Part shown: in pieces, positions 1-7,381 of the stretch
Position numbering within the stretch: position 1 is the stretch's first letter
How the letters are laid out: every line of letters begins with the position of its first letter
Assembly: GCA_964399335.1 (NCBI GenBank)
Contig: CAYNQI010000004.1
Span: forward strand, 1-23,491
Origin: an uncultured Thermoplasmata archaeon
Lineage (GTDB): Archaea > Thermoplasmatota > Thermoplasmata > Halarchaeoplasmatales > Halarchaeoplasmataceae
Direction of reading: 5' to 3'
DNA length: 23,491 bases
Made by a program: the position numbers and the translations under genes
Notes under the pieces: model-generated
Told to the model about the DNA's origin: nothing
Seen by the model: the letters and a program-made list of their open reading frames with translations, nothing else
The model's database searches: none

Positions 1-62
1 GCACCTGCCACTTCCTCCGATGTGAAACGAAAATCCGGGAATCTTTTTTTTTCGACTTCCAT
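1..62 (-). CDS. Partial CDS (N-terminus only; runs off window), probable MOT1-like molybdate/sulfate transporter
   Basis: Manual translation from ATG at 62: MEVEKKRFPDFRFTSEEVAG(A). AGGTA RBS-like motif just upstream. FRFxxEExAGA resembles the start of MOT1-family permeases, which continue GDxGT. Only 20 codons are visible. Confidence 0.45.
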   Translation of the reverse strand, partial: MEVEKKRFPDFRFTSEEVAG

Positions 63-180
63 TTTGTACCTAAATTCCCAAAGTGATATTAAAATTTATT
101 TAGAGTCTTTAAAAGATATTTGATCCTATTAGATCAGTTTAGAAAATTATATCAATTATGTTCTTAATAAGGATATCAAA

Positions 181-1467
181 ATGATAGGTTATCGAAGTCA
201 TAAACAGGTCACAATCCTTATCATTCTATTTTTAGCCATTTCATTTATCAGTGTACCTTTTTTATCAACCCGGGTATCTAGTTCCAGTTTAGAAGACTCT
301 CCTTGGCCCTCATTTGGAAGAAACTCTAGAAATACTGGCCAAAGTACCCAATCTACGAATCACTCAGACGTAGAAGAGATATGGAGATTTAGAACCGATG
401 GTCCTATAAGAGCTTCACCGATGATAGATGAAAACGGTACGATATACCAGGCTTCAGGCGATGGTAATTTATATGCCATCAGTCCAGATGGGACTGAAAA
501 ATGGTCTTTTGCTACCAGAGGGGACTGGATAATATCAACTCCAGCTATTAGCGATGACGGAACTATATACATAGGATGTGAAAGAGGTTTATTGTACGCT
601 ATCCAGAAAGATGGAACAGAGATATGGAATTTTACAACAAACAGCAGAATTACTTCATCACCAAATATTGGTCCTGATGGGTCAATTTACTTTGGTTCTC
701 TAGATGGAAATTTATATGCCATCAATGTGGATGGAACCGAGTATTGGAATCACAGTACTGAAGGTGAAATCCACTCCTCACCTGCTGTTGACGAGGAAGG
801 GATCATCTACATCGGTTCAAATGACGGAAATTTATATGCCATAAATCCAGATGGAACCGAAAAATGGAAATTTTCGACGGGGGACCGTATACTATCCTCA
901 CCTGCAATCGATGGGGATGGGAATATATACTTTGGATCGGAGGACACCAAGATCTATGCTGTTGATAGAGAAGGAACTAAATTATGGAGTCACTCAACAG
1001 GAGATTTTGTGAGTTCATCTCCAGCTATATCTAATGATGGAACTATCTATGTAAGTTCTAAAGATAGTTATCTTTATGCTCTTCATGAAAATGGTACTTT
1101 GAAATGGAGATTCTCTACCAACTTTTGGGCTGATTCTTCACCTGCCTTGGGAGAGGAAGGAACCATACATATCGGTTCATATGATGAAAAGCTATTCGCT
1201 GTTGATACTGATGGAACTGAGAAATGGACATTTAATACCGAAGGAGTGATACGTTCATCTCCTTCCATAGGCCATGGGGGTACTATCTATGTTGGTTGTC
1301 TAGAAGGGTACCTCTACGCTTTAGATGGGATCGGAGAGGAAGATACAGAAGACCAGATAACACCTACTTTACCGATTTCTTATAGATGGATAGTTCTTAT
1401 AGGTGTTTTATCTATATTGATCGTTTTGATAATATTTGTAACCCGAAATAAGATCTCGTATTTTTGA
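181..1467 (+). CDS. Secreted, membrane-anchored PQQ-like (BamB-type) 8-bladed beta-propeller protein
   Basis: N-terminal hydrophobic signal, SPWPSFGRN motif, eight ~40-aa repeats SSPAIxxDGTIYxGSxDGxLYAxxxDGTEKW, C-terminal TM helix followed by basic residues. Confidence 0.92.
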   Translation: MIGYRSHKQVTILIILFLAISFISVPFLSTRVSSSSLEDSPWPSFGRNSRNTGQSTQSTNHSDVEEIWRFRTDGPIRASPMIDENGTIYQASGDGNLYAISPDGTEKWSFATRGDWIISTPAISDDGTIYIGCERGLLYAIQKDGTEIWNFTTNSRITSSPNIGPDGSIYFGSLDGNLYAINVDGTEYWNHSTEGEIHSSPAVDEEGIIYIGSNDGNLYAINPDGTEKWKFSTGDRILSSPAIDGDGNIYFGSEDTKIYAVDREGTKLWSHSTGDFVSSSPAISNDGTIYVSSKDSYLYALHENGTLKWRFSTNFWADSSPALGEEGTIHIGSYDEKLFAVDTDGTEKWTFNTEGVIRSSPSIGHGGTIYVGCLEGYLYALDGIGEEDTEDQITPTLPISYRWIVLIGVLSILIVLIIFVTRNKISYF

Positions 1468-1494
1468 TATGAAATATACATCTCATGGGCAAAC

Positions 1495-1524
1495 GTATTT
1501 TAAAATACTCCTAACTTTAAAATA
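1495..1524 (+). promoter_or_regulatory. Putative promoter region of DUF432-mscS: 14-bp palindrome plus second TATA-like box
   Basis: GTATTTTAAAATAC (1495-1508) is a perfect palindrome. TTTAAAATA occurs at 1499 and 1516, each about 25-27 nt before an in-frame ATG (1526, 1547). Confidence 0.45.
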
Positions 1525-1546
1525 GATGAATTACGTTTCCATTTTG

Positions 1547-2254
1547 ATGTACGGTGAACATAAAGCACCTTTCAAATTTGAGAGAGGACCTTTGATAGTA
1601 TCCACAGAAGAGACAGATGAAGGTATAAATTATCATCGAGAATATGAAGATAAAATACTTGATAAAACAATATTTAGCAAAGGTAAAAACATTATAATCA
1701 ATCCGATCGAACCTCTAAATACACCGAAAGCCTTGACATCTGCACTTTTAATAGAGATGGATAAACCATTGGTATTAGAACCGAAGAATAAAAAAAGAAT
1801 CTATCTAACGTATCCATTAGAAATAGGGGTGTTCGTTAGAGGTAAAAAACATCACAAGGATATAGATATATTCACTCTGGTAAAAAACAAATACACTCTT
1901 TACGGAGATGTTAAGACCGGTACAATATGTAAATACTGGAATAGTGAATTACATACATCAGAACCCTCTCCTGATCCTCTTCATGAAGGGGTTTTAGAAT
2001 TACAACTATTCAATTCTGCTGAAGAATGGATAGAAGTGACTAAATCAGTTTTTAACGCATATGGCATGGTCATGTTCTATGATGATAATACCGTATCTAT
2101 GAAAGGACAAATGAAAATAGTTGGAGAAGAGAAATCTGCTACACGATTTTTAGCTGAACCATTGAGGGAAGGGATGACTAGATCCCTAGAAGTCTTCGAG
2201 AAAAAAGTACAGCATCTAAAAGGTGCTCGGTTCATAATGGAAGGTGGTATTTGA
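1547..2254 (+). CDS. DUF432 family protein
   Basis: MYG start, EPxxxPxxxTxxLLIExxxPLVLxP, YLTYPLEIGVF and KYTLYGDVxxGxICKYWxS motifs typical of archaeal DUF432. Alternative start at 1526. Confidence 0.8.
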   Translation: MYGEHKAPFKFERGPLIVSTEETDEGINYHREYEDKILDKTIFSKGKNIIINPIEPLNTPKALTSALLIEMDKPLVLEPKNKKRIYLTYPLEIGVFVRGKKHHKDIDIFTLVKNKYTLYGDVKTGTICKYWNSELHTSEPSPDPLHEGVLELQLFNSAEEWIEVTKSVFNAYGMVMFYDDNTVSMKGQMKIVGEEKSATRFLAEPLREGMTRSLEVFEKKVQHLKGARFIMEGGI

Positions 2255-3069
2255 TGTGGGATCGGATCATCTTCCAGAATATTACTGTTAGTGATGTTAT
2301 ACTTAGTTTCCTTATAATCCTTGTATCCGTGCTTATAGGTAAAGCATTAACACTTAGTATGAAAAAAAGGTTCAAGGATAGGATTTCGAAAGACAGGCTG
2401 AACACGATATCTAAGACAGTTTATTACCTCATAATTATTGCTGCATTTATCACTGTTCTACCGATCCTTGATATCAACCTATCAGGTCTGATGGTGGCGG
2501 GAGGGATCATGGCTATTGTAATAGGTTTCGCTAGTCAGAGTATTGTGTCGAATCTTATCTCAGGAATTTTCCTTACTTTTGAGAGACCTCTAAGAGTTGA
2601 CGATGTTGTTAATATAGGTGGTTCTGACGGAACTCTTGGAATCGTTGAAGACATACGTTTGATCTCCACATCTATTAGAACCTTTGAAGGAGTTTACGTG
2701 AGGATCCCTAACGAGAAGGTTTTCACTTCAAATATCACAAACTTCTTAGAAAATATAGCTAGACGTTTTGAATATAATGTTGGTATAAGGTATCAAGATG
2801 ATGCTGAAGAAGCTACTGATATAATCATGGAAGTTATCGAGAACCATCCCCTAGCTCTTAAAAATCCTCCCCCACAAGTTTTCGTAGAAGATCTTGGAAG
2901 TAGTGCAGTCAATCTGAAAGTCAGAGTATGGGGTCCATCCACGGATTGGTTCCAAATAAGGATTGAACTACTTTGGAGAATAAAGAAGACTTTAGAGGAA
3001 AATGAGATAAAGATACCTTTCAATCAGCAGGAAGTCTGGTTCATGAATGAGTTAGAAAAAGAAAAATAA
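2254..3069 (+). CDS. mscS: Small-conductance mechanosensitive channel (MscS family)
   Basis: 3 TM helices, pore helix GIMAIVIGFASQSIVSNLISG, ERPLRVDDVV, IPNEKVF, C-terminal alpha/beta domain. TGATG overlap with the DUF432 stop. Confidence 0.95.
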   Translation: MWDRIIFQNITVSDVILSFLIILVSVLIGKALTLSMKKRFKDRISKDRLNTISKTVYYLIIIAAFITVLPILDINLSGLMVAGGIMAIVIGFASQSIVSNLISGIFLTFERPLRVDDVVNIGGSDGTLGIVEDIRLISTSIRTFEGVYVRIPNEKVFTSNITNFLENIARRFEYNVGIRYQDDAEEATDIIMEVIENHPLALKNPPPQVFVEDLGSSAVNLKVRVWGPSTDWFQIRIELLWRIKKTLEENEIKIPFNQQEVWFMNELEKEK

Positions 3070-3111
3070 AAAAGGTTTTGAAAGGTTTTTTGAGTTCGGT
3101 AAACCAAATCA
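3060..3111. terminator. Probable bidirectional T-tract terminator between the convergent MscS genes
   Basis: GGTTTTTTG on +; A-run (T-tract on minus) at 3060-3073; AAAGGTTTT present twice. Confidence 0.4.
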
Positions 3112-4782
3112 TTACTCGGATACAGTTGTCACTGTATTATCTACTAAGTATGTGTTCGGTATCGATTTTTTATTACCCATTTCATCGACAATTATTGTAT
3201 TATACCTAGTGATCTCTTTGACTTCACCAGAGTACTCACCTACTTCGATCTTTTCACCTGGTTTTACTATCTCTTTGACCTGTAGATAACCACCCATGTT
3301 GGACATAACACCTTTTAAACCATAAGCAAAACCTGCTCCGAGTCCTATCATCACTGCACCTAATGTTATACCAAAGGCTAGATAGAGTACTGGTACCTCG
3401 ATACCTAACTGTGCTAAAGCCATTGTTATAACTATGTAGATCACTAAGAATTTAACAGCGTTCGCTACAAGTGCAGGGAATGGTACTTCGTGTTTCTCAG
3501 AGCTTTCCATGGTCTTGTCATAAAGCCAACCAGCAACCCAAAGACCAAGTAACACGATGATTGCGGCTGCAAACAGGTTGGGTATCCATAGTATCACGGT
3601 TGTAACCAATTGAGCTAGTATCTCGATGCCTAAGACTGCGACAGCGATATTGATAAAGACCAGCATCACTGTAACTTTCACTAGGAAATCAACGAATTTC
3701 ATTACTACTCCAGGCTTCTTGATAATGTCCTCTGCAGGTTTAATGAACTTACCGGATTCCATCTCTTCAAGTAACTTGTGTACTAGATTTAGGACAAAAT
3801 CGGTGACGATCAACCCTACTATTATTATCGCCATGGCAACTAACAATCTAGGGAAATAAAGTAGTATCGGATTGATCAATGTATGAAGTGCTTCAATAGC
3901 TAAAATATCAAGAGCAATTTGTATAAAGATAACCAGGATCCAGACCTTTACCAGTGTTAACGCAATACCTAAAACTGAAAGACCTTTGACCATTGTTTTG
4001 TCGTCGGCTCTAGTTAACGTCTTACCTATTTCTGCCTCGTTTAGCCAATTACGTATCCATTTAACTACATAGTCTGCGATTACTAGTCCTGCTAAGACTA
4101 CGAAGAAAGCTACTACCACTCTTGGGAAGTATCCCAGTATAGGATTGACAAAATCAGTAAGTGCCCTGATCGCTAGGATGTCCAACGCAGCTTGTACAAA
4201 GAAAAGTACAACCCATACCTTTATGATAATTCCTAGAATGCTGAACAAGCTATAACCAGTAGCTTTTAATTGTTTGTCCACAGATCTGAGTGATTTCTTT
4301 AAACCAGTTTTGTTTAAAACTTTTACTACCATCTCTGATACTAAAGTTCCAACGTATAGACCGATGACTATCAAAAGTGCAGCAATAAGTGCTCTAGGTA
4401 TGAACAGTATTATTGGAGATAATATGTCAGATATAATTTCTATATCCGCAGCACCGACTCCTAGCTGTAGGAATATCAGGAAGATAAACCAGAATATGAA
4501 GATACTGATAAAGTGCGAGACACTTTTAAATCCCATCTTCCTGAAATGCCTTCCTAATTTTACTTTTTTCATGGCTTTTTCGAAACCCACTTTTTCTAAG
4601 AATTTCCTGAAAACACCGGCAATTATCTTCGATACCACATAACCTACTAGTACAAAGACAAGTAAGAATATTAGACCAGGTAGGAATTCCCAGAATTGTG
4701 CTTCCATCTCTGCAAATGGTTCACCAAAGCCTCCAAGCTTTACTCCAGCATCATATAATGCATCACTAATTGGACTTGACAT
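3112..4782 (-). CDS. MscS-family/CmpX-like channel with five TM-hairpin repeats
   Basis: Five (F/Y/W)(L/I/F)P(R/G/N) helix repeats at ~91-aa spacing, Gly-rich pore helix, MscS beta domain (VKPGEKIEVGEYSGEVKEI...IPNT). GGTGTGA RBS-like motif upstream. Confidence 0.85.
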   Translation of the reverse strand: MSSPISDALYDAGVKLGGFGEPFAEMEAQFWEFLPGLIFLLVFVLVGYVVSKIIAGVFRKFLEKVGFEKAMKKVKLGRHFRKMGFKSVSHFISIFIFWFIFLIFLQLGVGAADIEIISDILSPIILFIPRALIAALLIVIGLYVGTLVSEMVVKVLNKTGLKKSLRSVDKQLKATGYSLFSILGIIIKVWVVLFFVQAALDILAIRALTDFVNPILGYFPRVVVAFFVVLAGLVIADYVVKWIRNWLNEAEIGKTLTRADDKTMVKGLSVLGIALTLVKVWILVIFIQIALDILAIEALHTLINPILLYFPRLLVAMAIIIVGLIVTDFVLNLVHKLLEEMESGKFIKPAEDIIKKPGVVMKFVDFLVKVTVMLVFINIAVAVLGIEILAQLVTTVILWIPNLFAAAIIVLLGLWVAGWLYDKTMESSEKHEVPFPALVANAVKFLVIYIVITMALAQLGIEVPVLYLAFGITLGAVMIGLGAGFAYGLKGVMSNMGGYLQVKEIVKPGEKIEVGEYSGEVKEITRYNTIIVDEMGNKKSIPNTYLVDNTVTTVSE

Positions 4783-4970
4783 TCATATCACACCCAACAT
4801 GGGTATTATAATATGATTATATAAAAGTTATGTTTAGTTTTCTTATTTTTAAAGAATAATATTCAACATAATTATCAACAAATTAAATTTTGAGTAAAAT
4901 TGATTTAAACTATTAATCAAAGGAAATCTTTTATATATATCTTACTTAGATGTATTTAATGGTGATAATA

Positions 4971-5201
4971 ATGGGTAAGGATAGTGATTTAAAAAAATCT
5001 TCTTCTAGAAAAAAAGATCAGGCCAAAAAGCTTGAAAAAGAAGCAAAGTTCGAACAAAAGGCAGCTAAACAAGATAAGAAGATAGATGGTTTAAAAAAGA
5101 AGATCAAGAAACAAAATGAAAAACTAAAAAAACTAGAGAAAAAATTAGAAGAAGAGAAAAAGAAGAGGCAAGAATACATAAACAAATCTAAAAAACAGTA
5201 A
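4971..5201 (+). CDS. Small lysine-rich coiled-coil protein, unknown function (76 aa)
   Basis: GGTGA RBS 5 nt before ATG 4971, TATA-like TTTTATATATA upstream, T-rich terminator downstream; 29 of 76 residues are Lys. Confidence 0.7.
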   Translation: MGKDSDLKKSSSRKKDQAKKLEKEAKFEQKAAKQDKKIDGLKKKIKKQNEKLKKLEKKLEEEKKKRQEYINKSKKQ

Positions 5202-5250
5202 CAAAAACAATTATTTTTACATTTTTTATTGTTACTTTCACTATTTTCAC
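5198..5250 (+). terminator. T-rich terminator with GTAACAA/TTGTTAC inverted repeat
   Basis: Inverted repeat at 5198-5204 and 5229-5235 flanking TTTTT tracts right after the stop codon. Confidence 0.4.
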
Positions 5251-5271
5251 TTATCCCCCTCGGGTTTATCC

Positions 5272-5280
5272 TTATAAATA
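5272..5280 (+). promoter_or_regulatory. TATA box upstream of 25-aa small ORF
   Basis: TTATAAATA, about 30 nt upstream of ATG 5310. Confidence 0.45.
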
Positions 5281-5309
5281 ACGACTCTATTTTTCTAAAT
5301 GTGAAGCAT

Positions 5310-5387
5310 ATGATAGAAGAAGACGCTCACTATAGTTGGAAAGAAGTGTATCGCAAACTTGGTTGCGACATAAATTACGATAAATGA
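5310..5387 (+). CDS. Putative 25-aa microprotein MIEEDAHYSWKEVYRKLGCDINYDK
   Basis: Manual translation; TATA box and GTGA SD-like motif upstream; protein-like composition. Too short for the ORF track. Confidence 0.4.
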   Translation: MIEEDAHYSWKEVYRKLGCDINYDK

Positions 5388-5524
5388 ATAGCAAATAGGG
5401 TATACTCCGATATTACCTATAACCGAAGTAATCGAATAAAGGCTTCGAAAACGGGAATATATTTCCTTTTGAATGCGGGATAGCAGATAGGTTGGGCTCC
5501 TATCTGCTTCCATATTTCCGCATT
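5351..5524. ncRNA. Candidate structured RNA / structured UTR (four consecutive hairpins); strand uncertain
   Basis: Stems at 5351-5368, 5395-5420, 5444-5473 and a 10-bp plus 9-bp compound stem at 5472-5524; no RNA family recognised. Confidence 0.3.
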
Positions 5525-5617
5525 TTTATCTTTTATACACCCAAAGGTTTATTTATAACTACCATAAACCTTAATTATGAGAGATTAATTTACCGAAAGA
5601 ATTTTGAGGTGGATAAA

Positions 5618-5890
5618 ATGGAAACACAGGAAGAATTAGAGCAAATTTGCGACATGTTGGACCGAATAGAAGAAGATACAGCAATTCCTAGAAATATAAG
5701 GGAGAATTCAAAAGAGTGTGAGAAATTGTTATTAGAATCTGATGATGATCTTGACGTTAGAATAGCATCTTCTATATTTAAATTGGAAGAGATGGCTGAT
5801 GATCCGAACATACCTTTACATGGGAGAACACTGATTTGGAATGTAATCAGTAGACTAGAATCTATTAAAAATGAGGAAAACTCGTCCTAA
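5618..5890 (+). CDS. UPF0147 family protein (90 aa)
   Basis: GAGGTGG RBS before ATG 5618; IEEDTAIPRNIR and LEEMADDPNIPLHGRTLIWNVISRLE are UPF0147 signatures. Confidence 0.92.
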   Translation: METQEELEQICDMLDRIEEDTAIPRNIRENSKECEKLLLESDDDLDVRIASSIFKLEEMADDPNIPLHGRTLIWNVISRLESIKNEENSS

Positions 5891-7371
5891 TCCATATAAT
5901 CCTCGAAGTTTTTCTTACCTTTTAACAAATTTTCTAGGACTTTTTTCAAATCATCTACATTAACTCGGACTTGTTCACTTGAACGTATTTCTCTTATGGT
6001 TATTGTGTTCTCTTTTATGGTATCATAATCTACTGTCATACAGTAGGGAGTACCTATCTCATCCTGTCTAGCATATCTTTTACCGATAGATCCGCTTTTA
6101 TCCCAGAACATTTCAAAATCTTCATTCAGATCTTCAAAGATATCTCTAGCCTTTTCGGGCAAACCATCCTTTCTAACAAGCGGAAAAACAGCCCCAGTAT
6201 ATGGTGCAATTTTTGATGGAAGTCTTAACCAAGTTCTATCAACGTCATTATACCCTTTATCCAACAAAGCCCAGATATTCCTATCAACACCAAAGCTTAG
6301 TTCAATAACATGTGGTATTTTTCTACCATTATCTGTAGGTATCGACATCTTTTGGCCGGATCTTTCTTGATGTTTCTTTAGGTCATAATCACTTCGATAA
6401 TGTACACCATCAATTTCTTTCCATCCACCTAAAGTATCAAAACATATCTCTAAGTCGAAATGAATTTCATTGTAAAACGCTTTCTCATCTTTAGAAAGTT
6501 CTCTTAATCGAAGATCTTTAACATCTATTTCCATAACATCGGTATAAAACTGATAAACCTTCATAAGATGATAAACAAAGAATTCGGGTAGATCATCTAA
6601 TTCACTTACGTCTATTTGTTTAGCTTCATCCCAATCAGATCTTTTAACCCTTAATTCGATCTCAGCTTCATCGTCATACTTTTTCTTAAAAACCTCATTA
6701 TGGATACTGGGTACAAAAAATATTTGAAGCTCGGCCTGTTCAAATTCTCTTTGACGGAAGATACCCTGTCTAGGAGATATTTCATTCCTGTATGCTCGTC
6801 CTATAATACCCAATCCCATAGGCATCCTCTTTCGTAAAGCTCTGTATTCTCTATTAAAATTTAAATAGATGCCTTGTGCAGTCTCTGGTCTTAGGAAGCC
6901 TTTAGTATCGCCTGTAGGGCCTATATCGATTTCGAACATCATGTTAAAATCTTCAGGTTCTGAAAAATGTCCCCCACAGTTAGAACAGGATATGTCTAGG
7001 TCTTCTATCTTATTTTTTATCTTTTCTAATCCCATCCATTCAGCATTTTCACCGGTCTCTTCTTCTATTATGTGATCCCCCCTAAAAGAGTAACCACATC
7101 TTTCACATTTGATTAAAACATCAGAAAAATGATCTACATGACCAGAGGCTTCAAGGGCTTTATAAGGTAGTATGTTTGTAGTATCTAAAAGATGATAGTT
7201 CTCGTCTAAGCCCAAAAAGAAATCTTTCCAGGCCTTTTTCCAATTCTCTTTTAATCTGGTCCCCAAATGCCCATAATCATAAAAACCAGATTCACCACCG
7301 TATATCTCAGCACTCTGCCAAATAAAACCTCTTCTCTTGCAAGCTGACTCTAAATCATCTTTCTTAACCAT
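5887..7371 (-). CDS. glyS: Glycine--tRNA ligase (alpha2, class II)
   Basis: SGHVDHFSD, LRPETAQGI, RNEISPRQGIFRQREFEQAE, PHVIELSFGVDR, anticodon-binding domain GSIGKRYARQDEIGTPY. Confidence 0.97.
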   Translation of the reverse strand: MVKKDDLESACKRRGFIWQSAEIYGGESGFYDYGHLGTRLKENWKKAWKDFFLGLDENYHLLDTTNILPYKALEASGHVDHFSDVLIKCERCGYSFRGDHIIEEETGENAEWMGLEKIKNKIEDLDISCSNCGGHFSEPEDFNMMFEIDIGPTGDTKGFLRPETAQGIYLNFNREYRALRKRMPMGLGIIGRAYRNEISPRQGIFRQREFEQAELQIFFVPSIHNEVFKKKYDDEAEIELRVKRSDWDEAKQIDVSELDDLPEFFVYHLMKVYQFYTDVMEIDVKDLRLRELSKDEKAFYNEIHFDLEICFDTLGGWKEIDGVHYRSDYDLKKHQERSGQKMSIPTDNGRKIPHVIELSFGVDRNIWALLDKGYNDVDRTWLRLPSKIAPYTGAVFPLVRKDGLPEKARDIFEDLNEDFEMFWDKSGSIGKRYARQDEIGTPYCMTVDYDTIKENTITIREIRSSEQVRVNVDDLKKVLENLLKGKKNFEDYMD

Positions 7372-7381
7372 CGAAAAAACC

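Noticed and set aside
360-1268. Minus-strand ORFs 360-572 and 1083-1268 with similar sequences
   Set aside because: Antisense shadows of the repetitive propeller gene
1340-1467. Archaeosortase signal on the propeller protein
   Set aside because: No PGF/PEF-type motif before the TM helix
2793-4642. ORFs 2793-3023, 3626-3859 and 4274-4642
   Set aside because: Lie antisense within the MscS-family genes; no motifs
5300-5530. Possible RNase P RNA, SRP RNA, H/ACA or C/D guide, or riboswitch
   Set aside because: No GAGGAAAGUCC, SRP helix-8 motif, terminal ACA, C/D boxes or known aptamer consensus seen
5492-5617. N-terminal extension of UPF0147 in the ORF track
   Set aside because: Clear GAGGTGG RBS before ATG 5618, and the family is ~90 aa
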